Source: an uncultured Actinomycetes bacterium
GTDB lineage: Bacteria > Actinomycetota > Thermoleophilia > UBA2241
Reading direction: 5' to 3'
NCBI GenBank assembly: GCA_963725665.1
Contig: CAVRZA010000001.1
Span: 512,514 to 576,513, forward strand
DNA: 64,000 bases
Within the stretch, counting starts at the first letter, position 1; every line of letters begins with the position of its first letter. Both the position numbers and the translations under genes were made by a program. The notes below the pieces were generated by a model. The model searched no databases. It was not told the DNA's origin and saw only the letters and a program-made list of their open reading frames with translations. Below are positions 1-10,132 of the stretch, piece after piece.

Positions 1-633
1 ACGGACAACCTGTACTCCTACGGGCCGGTCGACGGAGCGATCACCGAGGACGCGCCGCTCGCGGCTGCGACCCGCAAGGGGCAGGTCCGGGCGGCGGTCA
101 GGAGGGACCTTCTCGCTGCGCACCGTGACGGCCGCGTGCGCGTCGTAATCACCGGGGCCTCCGACTACTACGGCCCCTTCGGCCCCAACTCGTTCGCCGG
201 CGAGCGGTTCATGAAGCAGCTGCTCGCCGGCAAGAAGGTGCAGTGGCTCGCCGACCTCGACCAGCCGCACACCGAGAACTACCTCGACGACATGGCCCGG
301 GCCATCGTCATCCTGGGGAACAGCCAGGCGGCCGAGGGCCAGGTATGGCATCTGCCGGCAGCAGAGCTGCTGACCGGTCGGCAGTTCGTCGAGCTCGCCG
401 CGCGCGCGGCGGGGATCGAGCCGAAGTCCGCGGTCTTGAGTCGCACGACGATGCGCCTCCTCGGCTTGTTCAGTCCCCTGCTGCGAGAGATCCCCGAGCT
501 GTGGTACGAGTGGGACCGGCCGTTCGTTGTGGACGCGACCAAGTTCCAGCGGGCCTACGGGCCCTTCGAGGTCACCCCTCATCAGGAAGCTCTTCAGCAG
601 ACGGTCGGCTGGTTCCGCGAGCCGTCGTCCTGA
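1..633 (+). CDS. NAD-dependent epimerase/dehydratase (atypical SDR), 5'-truncated by window edge
   Basis: Frame 1 is open from base 1: DNLYSYGP…TRKGQVRA…ASDYYGP…YLDDMARAIV, typical of this family. Confidence 0.8.
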   Translation, partial: TDNLYSYGPVDGAITEDAPLAAATRKGQVRAAVRRDLLAAHRDGRVRVVITGASDYYGPFGPNSFAGERFMKQLLAGKKVQWLADLDQPHTENYLDDMARAIVILGNSQAAEGQVWHLPAAELLTGRQFVELAARAAGIEPKSAVLSRTTMRLLGLFSPLLREIPELWYEWDRPFVVDATKFQRAYGPFEVTPHQEALQQTVGWFREPSS

Positions 634-735
634 AAGTCCTCTCGTAGAACATCGACGGCGGACTGCTGCTCGCCCCCCTCGGTGCTATCGTCTCCAGCAG
701 AGTTCGCTAGGCTCTGCCGGGTCTCACGACTAGAC

Positions 736-2000
736 CTACTCGCCTGCGAACACCAGCCCCGCGATCAGCGCCGCCGCCTCCTCTTGCAGCGCCGGGATGG
801 CGTGTGAGTAGGTGTCGAGCGTGATTGAGACGGTCGCGTGCCCGAGGCGCTCGGAGACGACCTTGGGATGCACGCCGGCCTGCAGGGCCAGGGTCGCGTG
901 TGTATGGCGCAGGTCGTGCAGCCTGATCTGTGGCAACATCGCCTTCTTCACGGCCTGGCGGAAGTAGCGCGAGACGTCCTCGGGGTCCAGAGCCTCGCCG
1001 TTCTCGAGCGTGAACACGAGCCCCGATTCGACTCCGGCCTCCTCCCATTCACTCTGCTCGTCGAGCTGGCGCTGCGCCTGCGCCTTCAGGACCTCGACGG
1101 TCACTGGGTCGAGGGCAATGACGCGGCGGCCCTTGGCCGTCTTGGGTTCGCTCACCACGACCTCGTTCTTGATGGGGATGAGGGCGCGGCGCACCTAGAG
1201 CCGCGCTTTCTCGAGGTCGACGTCGCTCCAGCGCAGGCCGAGGGCCTCGCCTCGTCTCATGCCCGTCATCGCGATCAAATGCCAGAGGGGATGGAGGCGG
1301 TCGTCCTTCACTGAGTCCAAGAACGCCTTGAGCTGCTCCTTGGTCCAGGTGCGCATCTCCTTGGTGCCGTCGCCCTTCTTGCACGGTGGGTCGGCGGCGT
1401 CCAAGGGGTTCCTGGAGATGTGACCCCACCTGACGGCGTCCTTGCAGGCCTTGTGGAGACAGGCGTGGACGTGGTTGATGGTCATGGGGGAGAGGCCCTT
1501 CTTGCCGTTCTTCTTGCCGCTCTCGGCGAGCTTCGCGTAGAGGGCGTTGACCTGACTGCCGGTGAGCTTGGCCAGCTTCAGCGCACCGATGTGGGGCACG
1601 ATGTGGTAATCGACGTGCTGCACGTAGGAGTTGTAGGTCGAGGGGCGGATGGTGGCCTTTACGGCCGGCAGCCACTCCTTGGTCAGGTACTCCTTGACCG
1701 TCATCTTGGTCGGCGGCCGGTAGGTCTACTGTTCGACGGCGACGAGCAGCTTGTTCATGGCCGCCTGGCACTCCTTCTCGAGGGCAAAGCCGCCCTTGAT
1801 GGCGCGGCGGCGCTCGACGGTGTCGGTCAGCTCACCACCGCACCTTGGGCAGTTCTCTTTGGGTTTGCGCTCGACCCAGTATCGCTTCCTGCAGGCCGGG
1901 CAGCGCTGGGCGTCGTGCATGCCGATGTCGACGATGTACTCCCAAGAGCCGGGATCGCCCCGTCACGCTGCAGCACGAGCGTCTGGCCGCGCGTGCCACG
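736..2000 (-). pseudogene. Tyrosine recombinase/integrase (phage/ICE type), disrupted
   Basis: ORFs 1726-1920, 1195-1704 and 736-1194 share one frame, separated by TAG stops at 1726-1728 and 1195-1197. Motifs TGMRRGEALGLRWSD, PKT, HDLRHTHAT, LGH and LDTYSH are present. The N-terminus has CPAC…CPRC and an apparent frameshift upstream of ~1950, so the start is uncertain. Confidence 0.9.
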
Positions 2001-2329
2001 TTCCTCCTGTGGCTCGCGTTTGTGCGACCGGGACTCGCTGAATCGGCGTTTCCCCGCAGACTTCGGGCTTGTGATCGCGCGCTCCAGCCTGGGCACCTCT
2101 TGGCACACGTGCCTGCCGGTCATCCACTGGGCGGAGATTCGACCACGTCCACGCTTGACACGCGTTTCACAACAGCGGCGTAGTACGGACCGCCATGGGG
2201 TGAGCAGGGTCGAGGTCGGATCCCCTGGGAGCCCCGCAGTGCCTCCGACGGACCGGCACGCCACGCCATAGTGACCACTCCTACGCGGGCGCCTCGGCGA
2301 GAACGAGGCGAACTCCAAGGAGGAGTGGA

Positions 2330-3559
2330 ATGCCACAGATCAACACAGGAGACACGGCGTTCGTCCTGATCTGCGCCGCCCTCGTGGCGCTGATGACGCC
2401 GGGGCTCGCCTTCTTCTACGGCGGGCTTGTCAGGAGGAAGAACTTCCTCGCGATCATGATGCAGTCGTTCATCTCGATGGGCGTCGTGACCACGATCTGG
2501 GTGTTCTTCGGGTACTCGCTCGCGTTCTCGGGCAACGTTCTCTCCGGAGGGCTCGGGAACCTCGACTGGGCGGCGCTGACGAGCGTCGGCCACCTGCCCG
2601 GCCCGTGGGCGCCGAACATCCCGGCGCAGGCGCACTTCGTCTACCAGGAGATGTTCGCCATCATCACCCCGGCGCTCATCACCGGCGCCTTCGCCGACCG
2701 GGTGAAGTTCAAGAGTTACCTCTGGTTCCTCATCCTCTGGAGCGTCATCGTCTACATCCCGTTCGTGCACTGGATCTGGGGCGGCGGCTGGCTCATGCAG
2801 CACGGCGTGCTCGACTTCGCCGGCGGCGCCGTGGTGCACATGAGCGCCGGCTACGCGGCTCTGGCCTCGGTGTTTGTCGTCGGCCGGCGCCACTTCGGGC
2901 CCGGCGAGCGCGGCCTGCCGCACAACGTGGCCTTCGTGGCCCTCGGCACCGGCCTGCTCTGGTTCGGCTGGTTCGGCTTCAACGCCGGTTCGGCGCTGGC
3001 CGCCAACGGCATCGCCGCGCAGGCCTTCGTCAACACCGACATCGCCGGCTCGATCGCCATGTGCACCTGGCTCGCCTTGACCTGGCGGCGTGACGGCAAA
3101 CCCAGCCTCGTCGGCGCCTTGACGGGCGCCGTCGCCGGTCTCGCCTGCATCACTCCTTGCGCCGGCTACATCCCGACCTGGGCTTCGTTCATCGTCGGCC
3201 TCGGGGCGGGATCGCTCTGCTACTCCGCCGTGATCTTCAGGGAGCGGATGAAGTGGGACGACGCCCTCGACGTGTGGGCGGCGCACGGCGTCGGCGGCAC
3301 GCTCGGGATCATCCTGCTGGGCGTCTTCGCTCTCAAGTCCGTCAACCCAGCCGGCGCCGACGGCCTGATCACGGGGAGCTTCCACTTCTTCGGCTGGCAG
3401 CTGATCACCGTGGTCGTGGTGGCGGGCTACGCCTTCGTGGCCACGTTCCTGATCCTCAAGTTCCTCAACCTCTTCGGCTCTGTGCGCGTGCCCGATGCCG
3501 TCGAGCTCAAGGGCCTCGACGAGACCGAGTTCGGCGAGTCCGCATACGACCTGACGTAA
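2330..3559 (+). CDS. amtB: Ammonium transporter (Amt family)
   Basis: MTPGLAFFYGG, DFAGGAVVH, WFGWFGFNAGS, DDALDV…HG motifs; AAGGAGG RBS. Confidence 0.95.
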   Translation: MPQINTGDTAFVLICAALVALMTPGLAFFYGGLVRRKNFLAIMMQSFISMGVVTTIWVFFGYSLAFSGNVLSGGLGNLDWAALTSVGHLPGPWAPNIPAQAHFVYQEMFAIITPALITGAFADRVKFKSYLWFLILWSVIVYIPFVHWIWGGGWLMQHGVLDFAGGAVVHMSAGYAALASVFVVGRRHFGPGERGLPHNVAFVALGTGLLWFGWFGFNAGSALAANGIAAQAFVNTDIAGSIAMCTWLALTWRRDGKPSLVGALTGAVAGLACITPCAGYIPTWASFIVGLGAGSLCYSAVIFRERMKWDDALDVWAAHGVGGTLGIILLGVFALKSVNPAGADGLITGSFHFFGWQLITVVVVAGYAFVATFLILKFLNLFGSVRVPDAVELKGLDETEFGESAYDLT

Positions 3560-3698
3560 GGACGGGAGGGCGCGGCGGCGGCCGGAGGAACCGGCCCGCC
3601 GCGGCGCACCACCGACGAGGCCTGCGACTCAGGTCGCCTGCACGAGCAGGACCAGCCGGCAGGGAGTGGTCGGCCGAAGCCGATGGCCTGACGATGAC

Positions 3699-3737
3699 GG
3701 CACGGGGCGCGGAAGCTGGCTTCCGCGCCCCGTGCCC
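3699..3737 (+). terminator. GC-rich hairpin downstream of amt
   Basis: ggcacggggcgcggaagc-tg-gcttccgcgccccgtgcc is a long perfect inverted repeat. Confidence 0.55.
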
Positions 3738-3799
3738 GATTTCGGCTAGCGGCGGAGGTCCCCTTGGCTCTGGCTGAGCTCCGCGCCGGTCTGCCCTTG

Positions 3800-4001
3800 C
3801 TGACACGCTGCAAGAAGTGGCGGCGGCTCGGAGCGTAACCGCTGCCCAGGTGGCGCTCGCCTGGCTGCTGAAGCGAGACGATCATGTGATCCCCATCCCG
3901 GGAGCGACGAGGCGGAGAACTCAGGCACCCTCTCGTTGGAGCTCAGCGACGAAGAGTCTGCTGCCATCGACCGGGTATCGGCGCCGACGCCGACCAGGTA
4001 G
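3800..4001 (+). pseudogene. Aldo/keto reductase C-terminal fragment
   Basis: VTAAQVALAWLL…VIPIPGATR, then after a frameshift EN…LELSDEESAAID; no N-terminal part. Confidence 0.7.
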
Positions 4002-4078
4002 CACCACCGAGGGGCCCTCGAGCCCGTCCTGAAGAGCTGGGGCGGCAAGTAAGGAGGGCTGGCCGAGGCACGATCCCT

Positions 4079-4240
4079 CTACTTGTTTGCGAACACCGGC
4101 CCCGCGATCAGCGCTGCCGCCTCCTCCGGCATTGCCGGGATGGCGCGCGAGTAGGTGTCCAGGGTGATGGAGACGGTGGCATGCCCGAGGCGCTCGCTGA
4201 CGAGCTTGGGAAGCACGCCGGCCTGCAGGGCAAGGGTGGC
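4079..4240 (-). repeat. Integrase 3'-end remnant R2
   Basis: Diverged copy of 736-900 encoding ATL.LQAG…ERLGHATVSITLDTYSRAIPA…AAALIAGPVFANK*. Confidence 0.9.
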
Positions 4241-5022
4241 AAGTCACGGTTTGGGCGCCGACGACGGCCGAGCAGGCGGAGGCGCGATTGAACGAGATCA
4301 GGGCGTCGTTAAGGGATCTCGGGCTCGATGATGACGCCAAGCTCGCCGACTGACGCATGGAGTCGGGATCCGCCCCCGCATACGCAGACTGCCTTCCGAC
4401 ACAGCAGCGGCCGGCATGGACAGTGTGTGAGCTTTGCGTCCACCTCCAGCCCTGGGTTGAGATTGCCTGTTCTCTAGCGCCGGTTCTCTGCGTCCCGAGG
4501 TTAAGGGGCCACGTTCCCGGACTCCGTCCCCCACTCGCGGTCTTTGTGGGTTGCGGCCATCGGAGTGCCATGTGGTGTGGGCGCCGGCAAGTGTCGGCAG
4601 GGGCCGGCTTCGATGTGAGGTCGTCGAGATGAGTGGCGTCGGCATCGCGTCGGCGCAGTCGCCAGACTGCGCGCATAACGCGACGTTGTGACAACTCTTC
4701 AGGTTACGTGAACCTGTGACGCCAGCTCTGCGTGTCGCCGCTCAGGAAACGGGAATTCCTTTGTGAACCCTTAGACCGCTTTGTCACCCTTCACGCCTGA
4801 CCGCGCTCCATGCAGCACTCCTCCTTGGAGGGAGGGTGGCTACGCTGCCGGCTCGAGACGGTTACATAAGACAGTCGCCCTCCCGAGCCTCCCTCTGGTT
4901 GCTGTCACACTCGAGTTGTACAGTCGGCCTACAGGCATGAGGGGGATCAGGGGGGGATCGCTTGGAGCACCTATCATCTGACGTGGAATCCCGATCGCTA
5001 CGGCTGGGATGACCTAGTTGGC

Positions 5023-5526
5023 GCTGCGAGCGGATAGACAGTCGCGCCCCTTTCCTGCCTGTCCTTTCGGGCGTACAGTGGCGCCGTCGACAAGGGGGGG
5101 CTCATGGACAACTGGATCCTGTGGGACGACCCAACGAACGAAGACCCGGTCGGTCGCGCTGCCTCCTGCGACAGGCAACTGCGGTACTACCTCGGACAGC
5201 GCGTCTTCGACTTCATCCCTGCAGCGCACGAAGATCCGGATACTACGCACACGCTGGTCGCAGGGTACATCAACCTAACGCTCAGAGAGTGGCGCTCGCT
5301 GGTCGGGCGCGACGATGGCGTGCTGACGTTCAGACAGCCGGACGACCCCTACGAGAAGACGTATATCTTAGAGATCCCAGCGGACCCCAACGTACCCGAC
5401 GACCGGGGGGAACTCAATAGAATCGCCAAAGACGCGGCCGTCCGCCGACTCTTCCGCCATGTGCAAGCGGAACTAGTGGACAGCAACTAACCCCGAGCGA
5501 GCTGGGGCGGCCGTCGGCGTTCTGGC
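5023..5526 (+). repeat. ~500-bp unit, copy 1 (copy 2 at 23690-24195)
   Basis: Near-identical sequence from gctgcg.gcggatagacag to tcggcgttctggc. Confidence 0.95.
5104..5490 (+). CDS. Hypothetical protein, 128 aa (duplicated)
   Basis: G-rich RBS; identical protein at 23772-24158. Confidence 0.7.
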   Translation: MDNWILWDDPTNEDPVGRAASCDRQLRYYLGQRVFDFIPAAHEDPDTTHTLVAGYINLTLREWRSLVGRDDGVLTFRQPDDPYEKTYILEIPADPNVPDDRGELNRIAKDAAVRRLFRHVQAELVDSN

Positions 5527-5638
5527 CCGCAGATCCTCATGCTGTTCACAGCGGCTCTCCGAAAGATGGGGAGTCGGGTCAGCGCCCCAGGCATACGGGA
5601 GCGTACGTCGTCGTGCGACGGTGCAGAGGGGAGAGCGC

Positions 5639-7909
5639 ATGCCTGCGAAGGTGCAAGGCGAACGCGGCGAGTTGACGCCATTGCCGGCCGCCCAACGCGA
5701 TGCGGCCGCGGTCGTGGCCGACGCCGTAGCCCACGACCGCGGCGCGCTGGACGAGTGGCAGGCGAAGGCGCTGCTGGCCGGCTACGGGATCGCCGTCCCC
5801 GAGGGCGGCGTCGCGCGCAGCGAGGACGAAGCCGCGGCCATCGCCCGGCGGCTCGGCGGTCCGGTGGTCGTCAAGGCCGTCGGGCCGCGCATCACCCACA
5901 AGACAGATCGCGGCCTGGTCGCCCTTGACCTCTCCGGGGACGAGGCCGTCCGGACCGCCGCTCGCTCGCTTCTGGCGCTCACCGAAGACCAGGACGCTGT
6001 GCTGCTGGTAGAGCGGATGGTCCGGGGAGCGCGCGAGCTCATGGTCGGCATGAAGCGCGATCCTCTCTTCGGTCCGGTCGTCGTCTTCGGCGTCGGAGGG
6101 ATCTTCACCGAGGCTCACAAGGACATCGCGCTCGGCGTGACGCCGCTGGACGACCGGGACATCGAGAGCATGCTGACCGGGATCAGGGCGAGCGCGCTGC
6201 TCGACGACTTTCGTGGCCTGCCGCCCGTGGATCGCGCATTGTTGGCCGGCGCCATCCGCGCGCTCGCGCGCATCGCCGAGGACCATCCCGCCGTGACAGA
6301 GATCGACGTGAACCCCCTCATCGTGGAAGACGCGACGCCGGTGGCCGCCGACGCGCTGGTGATTCTCGATCCGGCGGGGGAGGGCGGCGCGTCCGCGTCC
6401 GCCCCCCTCCCACCTGTCGCCTCGCCCCCCGATCTGACCCCACTGTTCGCGCCGCGCGCCGTCGCGGTCGTCGGCGCCTCGGACGACCCTCTCAAATGGG
6501 GCGGCTCCCTCCTCCTCAACCTCATCGACGGCGGCTTCACCGGGGCCATCTATCCCGTGAACCGTCGTGGCGGCACGGTGTGCGGTCTACCCGCCTTCCG
6601 CAGTGTCGCGGAACTGCCGGAAGCCCCGGACCTAGCGCTGGTGACGCTGGGGGCCACCCAGGTGAACGCTGTGGTCGAGCAGTGTGGGGAGCGCGGGATC
6701 CCCGTCGTGCTCGTCGTGGCTGCGGACTACTCGGAGGCGGGAGAGGCGGGAGCCGCCGCGGAGGCGGAGCTGGCCCAAACGGCGCGGACCTCGGGCGTCA
6801 CGCTCATCGGCCCCAATTGCATGGGGCTGATCGCGACGCACAGCCGGCTCCACGCGGTCGGCTTTCTGGAGTTGCGGCCGCAGGCCGGCAGCCTGAGTGT
6901 CGTCTCCCAGTCCGGCAACATCGGGGTACAGCTCGTCGCCGCAGCCGAGCGGCGCGGCATCGGCATCGACAAATACGTGACGGTCGGCAACGAGGCGAGC
7001 ACGAGCGCGCTTGACGTGCTCGACGCGCTGCGAGACGACGCGCAGACGGCCGCCGCCCTCGTCTATCTCGAAGGAGTCGACGACGGCCGCCGTTTCCTCG
7101 ACGTCATGCGCCGCACCACGCGGCAGAAGCCGGTGGTGGTGCTGCGCGGCGGCCTGACGGAGTACGGCCGTCGCGCCGCCGCATCGCACACCGGCGCCAT
7201 GGCGGGCGCGGCCGACGTCTTCCTGGCTGCGGCCCGCCAGACCGGCTGCCTCGTGCGCACGGGCCCCGACGAGAGCCTGGACCTGGCGCTGTGCCTCACC
7301 ACACTCCCGCTGCCGCCGGGCCGCCGCGTGGCGATCATGACGCTCGGTGGAGGCTGGGGCGTGCTGGCGGCGGACGAGCTGGCCCGTAACGGCCTCGAGC
7401 TGGCCCTGTTGGAGCCTCACGTCCTCGCTGAGCTGGACAAGCTCCTGCCCGGCTACTGGAGCCGCAACAACCCCATCGACCTCGTGGCATCCATCGGCCC
7501 GGACCTCGCAGAGCGCACGCTGACGCTGCTCGCTGAGAGCGAGGCGGTGGATGCCGTCGTCGTGCTCGGTGTGCTCCACAGCCCGTCCACCGGCTGGACG
7601 TCAGACGGCGCCGCGCCCGCCGCCGGCGGACAGGGCGCGCCCGGCCGCGACCGCTTCAACCCTGCCGAGATCGCATTTCTCGAGCGCGTGACCACGCTCA
7701 TGGAGAGGACGGGCAAACCGATCGTCAACGTCCCCCTACGGGCGCTCGAGGTCGCGACCTTCCCGGGCGGCGCGCGACACGATCCGGTCATCCTCTACTC
7801 GCCGGTCGCCGCGGTACGCGCCCTCGCCGCCATGGCCTGGTACGGGGAGTACGTCGCTGCCCAGGTCGCTCCTCCGCCTCGCCGACGCGCGAAGAAGTAT
7901 CCGCGATGA
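5639..7909 (+). CDS. Acetate/acyl-CoA ligase (ADP-forming) family, ATP-grasp domain N-terminal
   Basis: N-terminal THKTDRGLV…GPVVVFGVGG…EIDVNPL; C-terminal VAVVGAS, IGPNCMG, SQSGN and ASHTGAM (phospho-His). Confidence 0.9.
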   Translation: MPAKVQGERGELTPLPAAQRDAAAVVADAVAHDRGALDEWQAKALLAGYGIAVPEGGVARSEDEAAAIARRLGGPVVVKAVGPRITHKTDRGLVALDLSGDEAVRTAARSLLALTEDQDAVLLVERMVRGARELMVGMKRDPLFGPVVVFGVGGIFTEAHKDIALGVTPLDDRDIESMLTGIRASALLDDFRGLPPVDRALLAGAIRALARIAEDHPAVTEIDVNPLIVEDATPVAADALVILDPAGEGGASASAPLPPVASPPDLTPLFAPRAVAVVGASDDPLKWGGSLLLNLIDGGFTGAIYPVNRRGGTVCGLPAFRSVAELPEAPDLALVTLGATQVNAVVEQCGERGIPVVLVVAADYSEAGEAGAAAEAELAQTARTSGVTLIGPNCMGLIATHSRLHAVGFLELRPQAGSLSVVSQSGNIGVQLVAAAERRGIGIDKYVTVGNEASTSALDVLDALRDDAQTAAALVYLEGVDDGRRFLDVMRRTTRQKPVVVLRGGLTEYGRRAAASHTGAMAGAADVFLAAARQTGCLVRTGPDESLDLALCLTTLPLPPGRRVAIMTLGGGWGVLAADELARNGLELALLEPHVLAELDKLLPGYWSRNNPIDLVASIGPDLAERTLTLLAESEAVDAVVVLGVLHSPSTGWTSDGAAPAAGGQGAPGRDRFNPAEIAFLERVTTLMERTGKPIVNVPLRALEVATFPGGARHDPVILYSPVAAVRALAAMAWYGEYVAAQVAPPPRRRAKKYPR

Positions 7910-10119
7910 TCAAGATCACGATCTATGGCCGCGGCGGCCGTGGCGGCGTGACGCTGGCCAAGCTGATCGCGGCCGCGTACTTCCTGCGTGGCAGGTATGT
8001 CCAGGCCTTCGGCCGCTACGGCGCGGAGCGCGCCGGCGCGCCGGTCCAGGCGTTTGTGCGCGTGGACGACGAGGAGATCACGGAGCACTATCCCGTCCGC
8101 GAGCCCGACCACGTGATCGTGCTGGACGCCGGCCTCATCGCGCCAGAGGCGGCCCAGGGGATGGACCCTCGGGGATGCATCGTGCTCAACACCCCGCTGC
8201 CGCCGGGCGCCTTCGAGAACGTCTTTCCCGGGCGCAACGTGGCGACCCTCGATGCGACGGCGATCGCCGTGGACAACAGGCTGGGGACGAGGGCTTTGCC
8301 CATCGTGAACACCGCGCTGCTCGGGGGTGCCGCGGAGATCCTGGGATTGTCGCTCGCCGACGCCGAGGCCGCGATCGCGCACCTCGGCCTGGGCGAGCCC
8401 AACCTGAGGGCCGCGCACACCGCGTACGACAGCATCCGCCGGGCCCTCTTGCCGGGGATCATCGTGCCGGTCGCCGCACGCCGCCCGGCCGGCAGAGCGG
8501 CGAGCATGTTCGACGAGGACATCGGCGGCCCGCCGGCGGTCCACACGGGCTCGTGGGCCACCCGTATCCCTGCCAGCGCGGCACTGACGCCGCTCTGCAG
8601 CGACGGCTGCCCGGCCGGCAACGACGTGCGGGGCTTCGTGCAGGCGATGGCGCAGCGAGACTACGAGGCCGCACTGAAGACCATCCTTGCGACCTCGCCC
8701 TTCCCGGGGACCTGCGGGCGCGTTTGTCCGGCGCCGTGCATGCAGGCGTGCTCGCGCGGCCAGCACGACGAAGCCGTGAACATCGGCGAGCTGGAGCGCC
8801 ACATCGCGGCTCGCGCGCCCTGGCCTGAGCCCACGCGACCGACTCGCCCCGAACGTCTGGCCGTGATCGGCTCAGGCCCCGCCGGCCTCAGCGCCGCGTA
8901 CCAACTCGCCAGGCTCGGCTATCCCGTGACCGTGTTCGAGGCGGGCGACGAGCTCGGCGGGCTCCTGCGCACCGGGATCCCCGCGTACAGGCTGCCCCGG
9001 GAGGTCATCGACAGCGAGATCGCCTTCATCCTTGCGCACGGCGTGCAGGTCCGCAGCGGTCACCGCGTGTCTCGCTCCCGCCTTGTCGAGCTGCGACGCG
9101 AGTATGGCGGCGTGGTCGTGGCGACGGGGCTGCAGAAGCGGCGCACCGCCGGCCTCGGCGCCGACGACCCTCGTGTGCTGCGGGCGCTCGATTTCCTCGA
9201 CAACAGCCGCACCCGGCCGCCGGACCTCCGCGGGCAACGCGTCGTCGTCGCCGGCGGCGGCAACACGGCGATCGACGCAGCTCGCGTGGCGCTGCGCCTC
9301 GGCGCCCAGGACGCGCTCGTGGTCTACCGGCGCACGCGCGCCGAGATGCCCGCGATCGCCGAGGAGATCGAGGAGGCGCTCGCCGAGGGCGTCCGCATCG
9401 AGCAGCTGGCGGCGCCTCTGCGACTGGAGGAGGCCGGTGATGGGACTGCGCTGGTCTGCCGGCGCATGACCCTCGGCAAGCCCGACAAGTCGGGACGACC
9501 GCGTCCCGTTCCGGTCGATGGTGACGACGGCTTGGCGGAGTTCCGCTGCGACACCGTCCTGCTCGCGCTCGGCCAGGCGCCGGACGGCCGTCTCTTGCCG
9601 GCAGGCTCGGTGCTCGACGAGGAGGACCTGCTGCCCGGAGCTGAAGACGCACCGGCTTGCACTGCGGGCGATCTGGTCGGGTCCGAAGGCACGGTGGCGG
9701 CGGCCATCGGCGGCGGGCGCCGGGCGGCATGGCGCCTGCACGCCGCCCTGGGCGGCGTCGAGGCGCCCTCACTCCCGGCGCCGCTGGTCGATGCCTCCGT
9801 CCTCACGTTCCGCGACGTCCCTCACGTGGCCATGGCCAGGGGCAGGCTGCGACGGCCCAGCTCGCGCAGGGCGAGCTTCCTCGAGGTGCGCCGGGGCCTC
9901 AGCGACCAGCCGGGCCGGGAGACCGCCTATGAGGAAGCGCAGCGCTGCTTCAGCTGCGGCGCCTGTACGGCGTGCGGGGACTGCGTCGTCTACTGCCCCG
10001 AAGGCATCCTCACTCACGTGGGCGACACCAGCTGCACGATCGACGAGGACTACTGCAAAGGCTGCGGGCTGTGCGTGGCACAGTGCCCGCGCAGCGCCCT
10101 CGCGATGCTGCCGACATGA
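7906..10119 (+). CDS. Fusion: 2-oxoacid oxidoreductase gamma subunit + GltD-like FAD/NAD(P) oxidoreductase + 2x[4Fe-4S] delta domain
   Basis: GRGGRGGVT…YGAERAGAPV (gamma); CGRVCPAPC, GSGPAG, GGGNTAID (GltD-like); C-terminal CxxCxxCxxxCP twice. Confidence 0.9.
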   Translation: MIKITIYGRGGRGGVTLAKLIAAAYFLRGRYVQAFGRYGAERAGAPVQAFVRVDDEEITEHYPVREPDHVIVLDAGLIAPEAAQGMDPRGCIVLNTPLPPGAFENVFPGRNVATLDATAIAVDNRLGTRALPIVNTALLGGAAEILGLSLADAEAAIAHLGLGEPNLRAAHTAYDSIRRALLPGIIVPVAARRPAGRAASMFDEDIGGPPAVHTGSWATRIPASAALTPLCSDGCPAGNDVRGFVQAMAQRDYEAALKTILATSPFPGTCGRVCPAPCMQACSRGQHDEAVNIGELERHIAARAPWPEPTRPTRPERLAVIGSGPAGLSAAYQLARLGYPVTVFEAGDELGGLLRTGIPAYRLPREVIDSEIAFILAHGVQVRSGHRVSRSRLVELRREYGGVVVATGLQKRRTAGLGADDPRVLRALDFLDNSRTRPPDLRGQRVVVAGGGNTAIDAARVALRLGAQDALVVYRRTRAEMPAIAEEIEEALAEGVRIEQLAAPLRLEEAGDGTALVCRRMTLGKPDKSGRPRPVPVDGDDGLAEFRCDTVLLALGQAPDGRLLPAGSVLDEEDLLPGAEDAPACTAGDLVGSEGTVAAAIGGGRRAAWRLHAALGGVEAPSLPAPLVDASVLTFRDVPHVAMARGRLRRPSSRRASFLEVRRGLSDQPGRETAYEEAQRCFSCGACTACGDCVVYCPEGILTHVGDTSCTIDEDYCKGCGLCVAQCPRSALAMLPT

Positions 10120-10132
10120 GGAAGGACGCGAG

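Noticed and set aside
1195-1728. Amber recoding (pyrrolysine or alternative code) in the integrase
   Set aside because: TAG ends many genes here, including the integrase itself. Both stops are single changes from TCG/CAG, and neighbouring pseudogenes have TAA stops and frameshifts
2150-2190. GlnR box or sigma-70 promoter upstream of amt
   Set aside because: TTGACA is present, but the spacing to a -10 and the GlnR repeat pattern are not convincing by eye
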